Source: Octopus vulgaris (Eukaryota). From it: a DNA stretch of 64,000 nt. The stretch is from positions 32,674,001 to 32,738,000 of the forward strand of contig OX597819.1 in the NCBI GenBank assembly GCA_951406725.2. The letters run 5' to 3'. Made by a program: the position numbers and the translations under genes. Under the pieces are notes generated by a model. The model was given only the letters and a program-made list of their open reading frames with translations. It was not told the origin of the DNA and ran no database searches. Position 1 is the stretch's first letter, and the number at the start of each line of letters is the position of its first letter. Below are positions 13,901 to 26,112 of the stretch, one piece after another.

Positions 13901-14919
13901 ACCTCTCGACGGCTTCACTGATATCAAATAAAGCTCACTGGTTATCAAATAAAGCTCAATATTCTTCTAGCCATCACTCATCGTCTCTTTTTAACCAAAT
14001 CCAGTGGCTAGCCTTCTCCACTGTAGTTTGGATATCGGTCATGGTGGTATTGACTTTACGATGTGTTAGGCCTAACGATAACAACAGTCGTCTCACACTG
14101 TGTCCACTTGGTTTGGTGAGTAAATGCTGAAGTTACAAATCTGAAGAAGCTAATATTTTCAGATAAAGAAATCAACTAACTTACCTCGCACATTACAAAT
14201 ACAATTTGTAAATAAAAATATGCTAGACTTTTCTCAAGTTTAGAATGTGACATTGCTTTTTGTTATCTATATTCCAACGATGTAGCTTTGTATTTTTGCT
14301 GGAAACCAGTTCCTTCTTCAGAGAAAAAAATTAAATTATTAAAAACAGAAAAGAACATAACAGATATGTAAACATATGTAGATGGAGCGACGAGGAGCAT
14401 CAAGTTAACCTTAATGATAACTGATGACTTGTGTCGTGATTTTGTTCAAAAGAAGTGAGTGTTGGGCACTGTCAACTTCGCCCTCTCAACCGTGACCATC
14501 TTCAATCCAGTGGAAAGACCAAGTCAAGACGATTGCGGATGAAAACGGATGCAGGGGATCACCTAAATGACTTACTTGCCACATCTTGCTCTCTGCGCTC
14601 CACAAAGCGTTACTGCATACGTCTTCCATCCCGATGTACCATGAAAATTTTTTCATCAGAATCTGCCGGATCCAGCCTTCACACGCATTGGTGGGCAAAC
14701 CCTAATATGCTAATTAAGCTATAGCTGGGGCCCTGACACGCGCCACTACTTCGACACATAGCCATGTAAAGAACTGTAGTGGCTAAGCGATTGTGCTACA
14801 CGCCTGAAAACCATGTGATTTTCGAGCTAGGGCCCAATATATACGTACCTTGTTTTGGTATTTGCAGTTTTCTATACAGTTATGGTTGCTTCTGTATATG
14901 TATGTATGGTGTGTGTATG

Positions 14920-14983
<64 letters not shown>

Positions 14984-14986
14984 CAT

Positions 14987-15019
<33 letters not shown>

Positions 15020-15351
15020 CTTTCTTCTCGACTTACGACAATCCGCACTTACGACCACAAAAGAATATAAAGACGTAAAAAACAAATTAATTATAAATCG
15101 ATTTTCGGACGTTGGGCAGCTGCGTGTACGATAACTATGTATGTATGTATGTATGTATGCATGCATGTATGTATACATGACTCAAATGACTAAAACAAAT
15201 AAAAGAGTAAAGGAGTATATGTATATGTGTGAATGTATGTATGTATGTATGTATGTATGTATGTATGTATGTATGTATGTATGTATGTATGTATGTATGA
15301 ATGTATGTATGCATGCATGTATGTATACTTATATATATATATATATATATA

Positions 15352-15842
15352 TATACATAATTTACAAAATAAGGTCAAAAGAAACATTCTAATGCCAAAT
15401 ATGCCGAAAAGAAGACAACAATTGTCAATAACCATTATAATTTATGCATCTCGAAACAAACCGATGGAAATTTCTAAAAAACCCGTTTTTACCGTATTGG
15501 TCCCAATTTCGGGGTTAATTCATAAGAATTTTCCCCTCTTCAGCGATAAATACGTGAGATATAAGTGAAATACTTACTCATACCCGGGTATGAATTAACC
15601 CCGAAATTGGGACCAATACGGTAATAACAGATTTTTTAGAAATTTCCATCGGTTTGTTTCGAGATGCATAAATTATAATGGTTATTGACAATTTTTGTCT
15701 TTTTTTCGGCATATTTGATATTAGAATTTTTCTTTTGTCCTTATTTTGTAAATTATGTATAAATTTAACCTGTAAAGGTATTTTTTGATATGCTGGCCAT
15801 TGATAAAATTTTTTTCCCGAAAAAAATTTTGTTCTACATTAG
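15352..15842. mobile_element. (TA)n-embedded fold-back element (inverted PLE pLTR-like), 173-bp arms
   Basis: Arms 15352-15524 and 15589-15761 align without gaps with 9 substitutions; non-duplicated tail runs to about 15842; TA tracts on both sides. Confidence 0.85.
15488..15550 (-). ncRNA. Type I hammerhead ribozyme
   Basis: Minus strand: TTTATCG [CTGAAGA] GGGG-18 nt-CCCC [GAAA] TTGG ga CCAAT-A^ CGGTAAA; all three stems pair, triplet AUA. Confidence 0.85.
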
Positions 15843-15885
<43 letters not shown>

Positions 15886-16229
15886 TGTGTTTGATTTATA
15901 GAAACAGAAACCTCTCTTATCGGAATCCTAACTGTCGAGGTGATATCAATCATTGGAGAAGTAAAACCACCCCTAAGCAGTGCGTCTGGCAGTCGGGTAG
16001 CATCAGTTGGAAACTCGTCTGCCTTTAACCACAAACATTTTTATAGGGTGGGTAATGCGTTATTTCGAAGTGAAAGTTCTAATCACGTCTTAGAACTTTC
16101 ACTTCACGTTCAGACTACTCGTTCAAGAAATAGCCATGTAAAGCTATCTGTCAAAGACTGTCATAGGGAATATCAAATCAGTTTTGATGTAGTAATCGAG
16201 AAATGTAACTAACCGAACACAGCCAGGAA

Positions 16230-16600
16230 AAAGTTATATCTAGAAGTATGGCGATGTCTTGGAATATTACGAAGTAATAGATCCAGCAGCCATCAATGAC
16301 ATCATCGAGCTGGCCAGACTGCAAAATCTCAAGGTGGAAGTTTATTTGGAGGTGTTAATGAAATCTCATAGTAAGAGGTGATCTGTTGAAATGCTGCAGA
16401 AGTCAGCATAGCAATGCATCCAAAATGAGCGTGCAAATCTTACTGTTGAGTCTGTAAAACCAAAGCGAACATTTACTGGTGAATTGATTAGTACCAGCCT
16501 CCTTAAGTGTACTGAAATTATAAACGTGTTTACTGATGTTAACCTTTTTTGGAATCGCCGTAACAAGGCAAAGTGAAATGTTATGGACACGACATCCACT
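16230..16600 (+). mobile_element. Probable pogo/Tigger transposase C-terminal remnant
   Basis: AINDIIELARLQNLKVEVYLEVLMKSHSK..KRTFTGELISTSL..FTDVNLFWNR resembles the Tigger C-terminus (IV.L...LEV...VEELL.SH..); stops present. Confidence 0.45.
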
Positions 16601-16616
16601 ACAGTGAACTATCCAT

Positions 16617-17014
16617 GCTCTCTCTTTTACTTGTTTCAGTAATTTGACTGTGGCCATGCTGGAGCACCGCTTTAGTTGAGCACATCGACCCCAGGGCTTA
16701 TTCTTTGGAAGCCTAGTACTTATTCTATCGGTCCCTTTTGCCGAACCGCTAAGTGACGGGCACGTAAACACACCAGCATCGGTTGTCAGGCGATGTTGGG
16801 GGGGACAAACACAGACCTCCCCCCCCACATATATATATATACATATATACGACGGGCTTCTTTCAGTTTCCACCCACCAAATCCACTCACAAGGCTTTGG
16901 TCGGCCCGAGGCTATAGTAGAAGACACTTGCCCAAGATGCCACGCAGTGGGACTGAACCCGGAATCATGTAGTTCGTAAGCAAGCTACTTACCACACAGC
17001 AACTCCTACGCCTA
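16617..17014 (-). mobile_element. Full-length SINE family B with internal TA/TG microsatellite
   Basis: Reverse complement head GGAGTTGCTGTGTGGTAAGTAGCTTGC..GGGTTCAGTCCCACTG; tail GGTGCTCCAGCATGGCC..GAAACAAGTAAAAGAG. Confidence 0.9.
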
Positions 17015-17085
17015 TGTTGTTTATATTTTATACGTAATACTGCCATATCTAGCCGTTGTTACCTTGATATTATCTTAATAACTTA

Positions 17086-17295
17086 AGCGATGAGCTGGCA
17101 GAATCGTTAGCAAGCCTGACGAAATACTGGATGGCATTTCGACCGTCTTTAGGTTCTGAGTTCAAATTCCGCAGGGGGTCGTCTTTGCGTTTCATCCTTT
17201 CGGGATCAATAAAAGAAGCATCAGTCGAGCACTGGGGCCGATGTAATCAACTAACCCGCTCCCCTCAAATTTTGGCCCTTGTGCCTAAAATCAAA
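17086..17295 (+). mobile_element. SINE family A
   Basis: GAGCTGGCAGAATCGTTAGC..GAGTTCAAATTCC..TTTCATCCTTTCGGG. Confidence 0.85.
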
Positions 17296-18251
17296 TAGTT
17301 TCGACGTTCGTTTTGCAATCGTCAGCTTCAGCCTTTGACTCCACTCTGTAACATGTTCGGTGAAGGGGAAATTTAAAAAAAAATACAAAATGGCTAACGG
17401 TTAGTAAGAAGAGACACACAAATAAGAAAGAAGAAAGCAAAGGACCACTGATGCGGTCACAGGAGTGTGACGAAAGAACTCTGGCCAAAATAAGATTAAG
17501 TTTAATGTAAAAAATAAATAACACTGAAGCAAAGTAACACCAAATATATAGTGCGTGTGGTTTTATTGGCTAAAATGGCAAAATGACTATTCCTAAATAC
17601 AAAAATAATGATGAAATTTATGAGATAGTCTGTCACACACAATATCATGTTGAATCCAACTCCGTATACTTACAATGTAATAAAATGAATCGCCTGAACG
17701 TATCAAAGAGCCAGAGATGTCTCATATGTTACTCTGATTTTAGCAAAGGAATATTGTAATAGTACAAGTGTCCGTGGTATACTTATCTACTTGCACTAAC
17801 AATCATACAATGATTACGTTGCTTAGCTAAATAGTTGGAATTCTCGTCAACGAAACTGACGGAGATACATTTAGATTACAAATCTCACTTAAACATGCGT
17901 TCTGTCCCAATAGCTCAAGCAATACAAAACTAGGTCAAGATGTTTAATGTAAGAGTAAGAGAAACAAAGGCCAGTTTAATTAACACCAGCTGTTATTTAG
18001 ATAAACGTTGATAGATCGCAGAGATAACGTCTATTGATAACACACAACGAAATATCACGTTGAAGACATTTTGAGGTTTTTGTTTTTAACTCGGACGTCT
18101 CGTTTCGCGGCAGCAGCAACTGTTGCACTGTCACTGGTAGTACCCAGCACCACATCTCACCACCACCACCACCACCACCACCATTGCTACTACTACTACT
18201 ACTACTACTACTACAACCTTATCGTCATCATGTCACACAAACACACACACA

Positions 18252-18286
<35 letters not shown>

Positions 18287-18287
18287 A

Positions 18288-18524
18288 GGCGCAGCAGTGG
18301 CTGTGTGGTAAGTAGCTTGCTAACCAACCACATGGTTCCGGGTTCGGTCCCACTGCGTGGCATCTTGGCCAAGTGTCTTCTGCTATAGCCCTGGGCTGAC
18401 CAATGCCTTGTGAGTGGATTTGGTAGACAGAAACTGAAAGAAGCTAAGTGACGGGGACATAAACACACCAGCATCGGTTGTCAAGCAATGCTAGGGGGAC
18501 AAACACAGACACACAAACACACAA

Positions 18525-18588
<64 letters not shown>

Positions 18589-18746
18589 GACAGGCTTCTT
18601 TCAGTTTCCGTCTACCAATTCCACTCACAAGGCATTGGTCGGCCCGGGGCTATAGCAGAAGACACTTGCCCAAGATGCCACGCAGTGGGCCTGAACCCGG
18701 AACCATGTGGTTGGTTAGCAAGCTACTTACCACACAACCACTCCTG
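18288..18746. mobile_element. Inverted pair of SINE family B (+ 18288-18445; - 18443-18746)
   Basis: The same roughly 150-bp head in opposite orientations. Confidence 0.9.
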
Positions 18747-18773
18747 TATATATTTGCATATATATATATGTGT

Positions 18774-18824
<51 letters not shown>

Positions 18825-19130
18825 AAGGTAAGATCCAAGGATCAAGGTGTAGGAAGGTAGTGAACTTTGAACAGTCCATCGAAGATATTAAAACAAAAAA
18901 GCAGCTTTCACGAACAATAGTTGTTTATTGACTTAGAACGTTGTAAATTTTTTCCCATCTCGATGTTTGATAAGCTGAAAGAAAAAGCTTATTTTATAGT
19001 TTTCGGTTAGCAAATTAGGGATTGAAGTAGATAAAATCCAGGCTACATATCTTTCATAGTTGTCAGAACCTCGAAAGTAGTAATTACCCAAGCGAGGGGT
19101 ACACACACACACATATATATATATATATAA

Positions 19131-19290
19131 TATGGCCGGTCACAGAGTGACCCATAGTTTCGCGTCCATAAAACGCTTAGCTTTTAAGACGGTTCGTCAG
19201 ATTCTAATGACCGTTAGAGTCCGATGATCTGATTATAAGGCTGAGTACTTTATGGATGCGAAACCATTGTTCACTCTATTACCGTCCATA
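19131..19290. ncRNA. 160-bp gapless imperfect palindrome with hammerhead motifs on both strands
   Basis: Minus: CTGACGA..CGTCT-TAAAA/TTTTA-GGACG..GAAAC-tatgg-GTC. Plus: TAGAGT-CCGATGA..TTATAAGG/CTTTATGG..GAAAC-catt-GTTC-ACTCTA. Confidence 0.75.
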
Positions 19291-19375
19291 GAATTAAATT
19301 GCATAATAACATTACTGTTCTAACGCTTATAGTACTTCTTTTTCGGATATATGATCTACTGACGACATACGTGTA

Positions 19376-19376
<1 letters not shown>

Positions 19377-19443
<67 letters not shown>

Positions 19444-19476
19444 CATCCATCCATCCATCCATCCATCCATCCATCA

Positions 19477-19539
<63 letters not shown>

Positions 19540-19551
19540 ATCCATCCATCC

Positions 19552-19603
<52 letters not shown>

Positions 19604-19649
19604 ATCCATCCATCCATCTATCTATCCATCTATCTATTTATATGCATAT

Positions 19650-19744
<95 letters not shown>

Positions 19745-19745
19745 C
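19377..19745. repeat. (CTAT)n/(CCAT)n/(TA)n microsatellites
   Basis: Directly visible. Confidence 0.95.
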
Positions 19746-19755
19746 ACTTATTTAG

Positions 19756-19935
19756 ATATGGGTACACGATGTCACCAACAGCATATAACATGAAATACGG
19801 AAACAAATGAGTTCAAAACAGGACAAGTAAGTTAAAGAACAAAACTTCATCAGTGTTTCTCTTTTTTTTGCGTATTGAATTCATTTGTTTTCGTATTTCA
19901 TGTTTTTTACTGTTGATGACGTCCTGTACCCATAT
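19756..19935. mobile_element. Fold-back PLE pLTR-like fragment
   Basis: ATATGGGTACA..CATGAAATACG versus CGTATTTCATG..TGTACCCATAT; spacer contains TTCATCAG (CTGATGAA on minus). Confidence 0.75.
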
Positions 19936-20081
19936 ATGCAGTTATATATGTATGTATGTATATATATATGCATACATATATGCATATTATATTGGGAGAG
20001 TTTACGAAAAATCAAAAGACGAAGACAAGTGGTGAACAAAACAAACAGATGTATTAGTATAACGCTCAGGAATAGAAAAAG

Positions 20082-20119
20082 TCTTTTACGTTTCGAACCT
20101 ACACTCTTCTACAGAAAGA
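20082..20119 (-). ncRNA. Minimal hammerhead-like motif (variant core) inside a TA-flanked element 19990-20197
   Basis: Minus: TCTTT [CTGTAGAA] GAGT-gtag-GTTC [GAAA] CGT-A^ AAAGA; palindromic ACGT stem III; degraded second copy at about 20519-20557. Confidence 0.6.
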
Positions 20120-20228
20120 GACACAGAACAAAAAATCAATGAGAGAAAAAAGGAGAGAAAAAAAATGTGTGTAGTGGCTAACGATCTATCATGGCAATAT
20201 ATATGTCATTTATATTATATATATATGT

Positions 20229-20445
20229 ATGTATGGATCAAAGCAGTCTGATTCATATTCGTTGGTACTCTTGTGTTTCAAGCGCGATGCTAGTCGTCTG
20301 CCATTTTGAAGTCAAAATGGCTGGCGACTAGCATCGCGCTTCAAACTCAAGATTACAAACGAATTTGAATCAGACTGTTTTGATCCATACATGTAACTCC
20401 AATAAATTGATTGAGTGCCTGCTTTCGTTTATCCACTCACTCGTA
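20229..20445. mobile_element. Fold-back element, about 81-bp arms plus AATAAA tail
   Basis: 20229-20309 versus 20312-20392, gapless with 8 substitutions; TA tracts flank. Confidence 0.85.
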
Positions 20446-20606
20446 TATATATAATGACAATTTACAAAAAAGCAAAAGTCGAAGACAGGTGTGCAAACAA
20501 CAAACAGAAATGAAAAAGTCTTTTACGTTTCTAGTCTACGCTCTTCGACATGAAGGAAAACAGAAATAAACAGGGAGAGAATATATATATATGTATATAT
20601 ATACAT

Positions 20607-20656
<50 letters not shown>

Positions 20657-21084
20657 ACATACATACATACATATAAACTTTTACAAGAAGGGGCAGTGAC
20701 TTCAAAGTTTAATGAATATGTATCTTAAAAGAAATATCAGTAATTCTTTAGTTTAATGTTAAACTGCTTATTATAACTTGACTATAAACATTAACAATAC
20801 ACACACACACACAAAGACACATACACATGCACACACATATACAAGCACACACATATATTTGGAAGAAATTACAAAACTGACTCGAGTGCTTAGAGTTTTG
20901 TTCATGACACGAAACTCTCGGTCCTTGAGAGTTTTCATAGGTGTACTTGTATTATTTTGTAACTAACAAAAAAAGAAAATAATTTGAATGAAACGTATTA
21001 AGTGACATCTGTTAGTTAACGTCCGCCGCTAAAATGTTTACAAGAAGTGTATTCCATAAGACTGCCGGGTAAAAAGTAAAGATC

Positions 21085-21565
21085 CGGCGCAGGGGTGGCT
21101 GTGCGGCTAAAAGTTTGCTTTCCGACCACATGGTTCTGGTTTCCGTTCTACTGCATGACATTTTGGACAAGTGTTTTCTAATATATAGTCTAGGGCCGAC
21201 GAAAGTCTTGTGAGTGGATTTGGTAGAGAGAAACTGAAAGAACCCTCTGTGACGCAATGGATGAGGCAATGGATTGCGGGTTTGAGTCCCGTCACCGCTA
21301 GAAAGGACTTCTAGTTTTCACTAGCGGTGCCCCAGCATGGTCACAGCCTTAGGTATGTGTTTGTGTTCGTTTCCCTCTCCACCGCTTGATAAGCGGTGTT
21401 GGTGTGTTTACGGCCCCGTAACTTAGCAGATCGACAAAAGAACTCGATAGAAAAAGTACCAGCCTTTAAAAAAATAAGTACATGAGTTGATCCATTTGAT
21501 TAAGTTCTTCGAGGTGGTGTTTCAGCATGGGTGCAGTTTAATGAGTGTAACAAGTAAGAGATAAA
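21085..21565 (+). mobile_element. SINE family B (diverged)
   Basis: GGCGCAGGGGTGGCTGTG head; GTGTTTACGGCCCCGTAACTTAGC body. Confidence 0.85.
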
Positions 21566-21719
21566 AAATAAAATAAAGTGTGGAGGGATTTGTTTGGGCA
21601 AGAGCGGATGCAATATGCACCTTGGTATTGTTGAGTGTATAGAATAGAGTGAGAAATCATCGCAACTCTGGGCTTCAGCATGTTGGCAAGGTTTTTTCAA
21701 TCGCAGTTCTTTCCTTTCA

Positions 21720-22450
21720 ATGGGGTCAAGGTTGTTTTATACGCATAGCATATATTTCATCGCGGATCGTTCTTAAATTTTGTAGAAAGCCAGAAATTGT
21801 TTCCGGCTAAAGTGTGATCTTGTAGTAGAGGTTTAGTGTTAGAGACGCAAGCTGTACCGTCATGGATATGAGAAACCTACGAGAGATAATCAGAGAATGT
21901 GAAACTTAGCATACGTTATAGCTTTCATAGGTTTACTTGTATTATTGTGAAAGTGTAGAGAGAATAAAGTGCAACTTTGTTTCCATAATATGTCAATCAG
22001 TGCTGCCAAGATTTTGCAAGTCAATCGGATTTCTTTCTTTTGAATGTAATCGAGTCTATTTTATGTTGGAACGTAATCGAGGTTGTTTATATTGTTTTCA
22101 TAATATGTCAGTGGAAGTGTCAGCAAGGTTTTTCCCATGTCAATCACATTTCTTTCTTTTGAATGCAATCAAGGTTGTTTTATGTGCGTAGCAGATGTTG
22201 GAGTACCAATTCATCGTGAATGGCTCTTAAATTTTGTAGAAAGCCAGATACTGTTTCCGGCTAAAGTATGATCTGTTGTAGAGGTTTAGTGTAAGAGACG
22301 AAAGTTGTACTGTTATGAATACGAGTAAGCAATGGGAGATAATCAGAGAATATGAAGTATTGCATACGTTGTAGCTTTCATAGGTTTATTTGTATTGTGA
22401 AAGAGTAGAGAGATTGAAGAGCAGCTTTGTTTTTATAATATGTCAGTGGG
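21720..22450. repeat. Diverged tandem duplication (period about 453 bp) in an unclassified repeat
   Basis: TCTTAAATTTTGTAGAAAGCCAGA..TGTTTCCGGCTAAAGT..GAGATAATCAGAGAAT..AGCTTTCATAGGTTTA at about 21771 and 22225. Confidence 0.8.
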
Positions 22451-23144
22451 AGTATCAGTACAAAGTGCCAGTGTGCTGTTGAAGGAGCCAAGACCATTGA
22501 ATAATGTTCTGGGTGTGTGTCTGGAAGCAGTGTACGTTTGACAAGTGAATGACGTAAGTATGTAGGAGTTGGGAAAGTGAAGAGCGGTAATATTTGTAAC
22601 ATTGTTAAAATAATAGCAAGCATGTCTTTAAAATGAAAAAAATGTGGGAAGCTTATCTAGAAGATTCTCATGTCAGATACAGTTGAATCTGTTGTTGATA
22701 TCAAATGCCACAACGTTGATTTCGCTGAATTTCTCAATGAATAAAAACTACTGTTGAGTGACACGTGATGGCAGTCGTTCAGTAGATATGTGTCTATGAG
22801 AGTGGTACAGATGATTACTAGGAAGATAAGTAGTTCGAAATGTTGCACACTGGAATGTTTTAAAGTATTGGGGTAGATTTCTGTAGAAAAGAAAATATTA
22901 CAGTTTGATAAGAATACGGGACAACTCTGCTGCTCAAAGATTAAGAAGTGTTGGAAACAAAATTGTGAGATATTTTAATCATTTGAATATACAGGATATG
23001 TTTTCGCACTCAAACCTCATTGTAGATTCATGATGAAAAGAATTTTTTCATCTTTGACAATCCTGATTTTTCTCTCCTGAAACATTTTCTCTGTGTTTAA
23101 GACGGAAAGGTGTGACCTGAGAGATATTTCGTTGCTAGTTTTTG

Positions 23145-23387
23145 CTGACAGAATCGTTAGCACGCCGGGCAGAAGGCCTAGAAGCATTTCATCCGTCTTT
23201 GTGTTCTGAGCTCAAATTACACTACGGTCGGCTGTGCCTTTCATCCTTTCAGGGTCGATGAAATAATTATCAGCTTTCTACTAGGATCGATGTACTCGAC
23301 TAGCCCCTTGTACCAATAAAAGAAAGGCAAACGAAATACCACTAAGCATTTCACCCGGCGTACTAACGATTCTACTAGCTAGCCGTC

Positions 23388-23466
<79 letters not shown>

Positions 23467-23893
23467 TAATAATAATAATAATAATCCTCTCTACTAAAAG
23501 CACAAGACCTGAAAATTGGAGGCGGGGGATAGTTGATTACAACGACCCCAATACTCAACTGCTACTTATTTTATCGACCTCGAAAGGATGAAAAGTAAAG
23601 CCAAGCTCGGCGGAATATGAACCCAGAACCTAAGGACGGACGAAATGCTGGGAAGCTTTTTGTCCGGCGTACTAACAATTCTGCCAGTTCGCCCCCTTAA
23701 TAATAGTAGTAATAATCCTTTTCACTAACGGCACACGATTCCAGTGCTTTACTGGTACTTAATTTATCGACCCCAAAAGGATGAAAGGTAAGGTCAACCT
23801 CGGCGGAATTTGAACTCAGGAAGTAATAAGCAGACGAAATTTCGTTAAGCATTTCGTCCAGCATTCTAACAATTCTGAAATCTCGCCGCCTTC

Positions 23894-23960
<67 letters not shown>
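23145..23960. mobile_element. Cluster of SINE family A copies (one +, three -) separated by (AAT)n
   Basis: Family motifs TTTATCGACC.CGAAAGGATGAAA and (TAA)n tracts at 23390-23485 and 23895-23960. Confidence 0.85.
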
Positions 23961-23963
<3 letters not shown>

Positions 23964-24470
23964 CAGACAGTACAAATCCCCGCTACACACATCTGCAATC
24001 TACAGAATCATAATGTTAAATACAGAACGACGTCTTCAATAATAAGCAACAACAAATGGTAGGCTGTTGCAGGAGTGTTTGCAACAAAAAAAACCCCCCA
24101 AAAACAGAAGAAAATAGATTGGCTATAAGATAGGCAAACCGAGAACGGACAGACAAAATAGCTTTTTGGAGAAATATGATAGAATACCGTATCGAAAGTT
24201 TGAGACAGGACACGAGTCATCTACAACACCTCAAAAGAATACTAAATAAGACTCATGAAAATATTAGGAAGGAAATTAAAGGTGAAGGGGAAAAAAATTA
24301 GGAACGTTGTAATAGAACTGAAGGAAAGAGTGATAAGAAATGTAGCTAGCATAAAACGGCATGAGGACAGAAATAGAATAGTTTCATTAAAACATGTTGC
24401 TTCAAAGTCAGCAGAAGATTCTGGAGTAGAAGTATCCCAAAATGGCTGACCAAGGGGAAGATAACCTTTA

Positions 24471-24856
24471 TCTCTCTATATATAAACGGCAGTTTGTCTG
24501 TGTGTGTTTCTGTGTGTCTGTTTGGTTGTACCCTCACTCTGACCACGGCTTTCTACCGATTCTGATGAAACTTGACACACACATAGCCCAATGTCATAAT
24601 TCAAAACTAACGCAGCGAAAATTTTGAAAAGTTCCCCCAGTTCTGAAAAAGATCGATAAATTCGACATGGGGTCGACAATCAGAAACACAAGCCACAGAT
24701 GGTCTAGGGGACGCAACTCGACCTTTTTAACTATCAAAAAAAAATTTACCATCATTTTTTTCCCCATTTTTTTGCTATTTTTTGGCTATAACTCTCTAAA
24801 AATGCTTTATAGTTATTTTCCTTACAAACCCGAGCAACGCCGGGCGATACTGCTAG
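24471..24856 (+). mobile_element. Non-autonomous Helitron
   Basis: A|TC start, 3' hairpin CCCG-AGCAACGC-CGGG, CTAG|T end, no TSD. Confidence 0.85.
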
Positions 24857-26112
24857 TTACGAAACACAAGCAGAGAAGTGCTGAGGTCTCATACAGAAGA
24901 CTGATAACTAGTTTGTCAAATCTAGTAAGCAAATATACTACAAGTATGTTTGGAAATAAGATCTATTCACTCGTAGAGGAGCACAGTCGACTCCCTAATG
25001 AAAAGAAAGCCGATGTGTTGGAGAAATTCACACTAGATGATGAAAGTATAAAGGAAAAGGGGTTAAACAGTACGGAAATACTGTGTGAAAGCAAAAGTAG
25101 CAAGTTTTAAGGGAATCACTGACCGCAAAGAGATGCTTTAAATAGCAATAAGAGATCTGGATAAGTTTAGTGAAGAAAAAAAAAAAGGGAACTAACTGAA
25201 ATTTTCGGAGTCAGAAAGCAACGAGAAGAGCAAAGTTTATATCAAATTACTGAAAGGTATCGAGATCAGAAATAACTTCAATGGCTAAAGAAGTGAACGT
25301 TAAAAAAAAAAGGGGAAAAGAAAAGAGGCAGAAGGCTTGATTCTAGCAGCGAAGAATCAATCAGTCAGAAGAAATACATTGGGAAGACGAATGTAGAATG
25401 TGTAGTGAAAGAGAAGACGGAGTTGCGCATTTTGTCAAAGTATCAGTCGCTCTCTGACAGGTTTATGGTCGCGCCTGTGGAGGCAATGGAGACCTCCGGC
25501 GTTCTTGGCCCCCGGACCGTATCCCTGCTCACCGCTAACGAGGCGGAGGCTGCTAACCACAAGTGCGAGCCCTGAGAGTCAGAATAGCTGTTCTACTGCA
25601 TCTTCCTCGCTCTCCTCCGGGGCAACGCCATTTCCATTTTATCTGTTGGAACTATGAAGTGGTCTGAATCTCAGTAAAATCGAGAGAATGTGAGAACTTC
25701 ACAGCTTATTTTCTATCAAAATGATAAAGGAACCAAGAATTGATATAACCTGGTGTAGAACTAAATATAGGTATGCTTCTGAACGAAGCGTTAGTCGGGT
25801 ACAGAGAGGTAATAAGAAAAGAGATGACAAAAGAATAACCGATTAACTTATGAGCTTCATTTGCTTACGGCTGTTTCCACAATAAACTCAGAAGACTCAT
25901 AGTTGAGTGCCTGAGTAACCCCTTACAATTTTATAGGAGCCTCATACACTCACACTCTGAATGTAAAATGCTTACTCAAAGGATCTATAAGAACTGGAGA
26001 TTTGACAAAGTTAGTACAATCTAACATTGGTAAATTTACAAAGAACAGTATAGATTTGAAAGTATGGAAAAATAGTATGACCATAAACCAAAATACATTC
26101 TCGAAAAGCACT

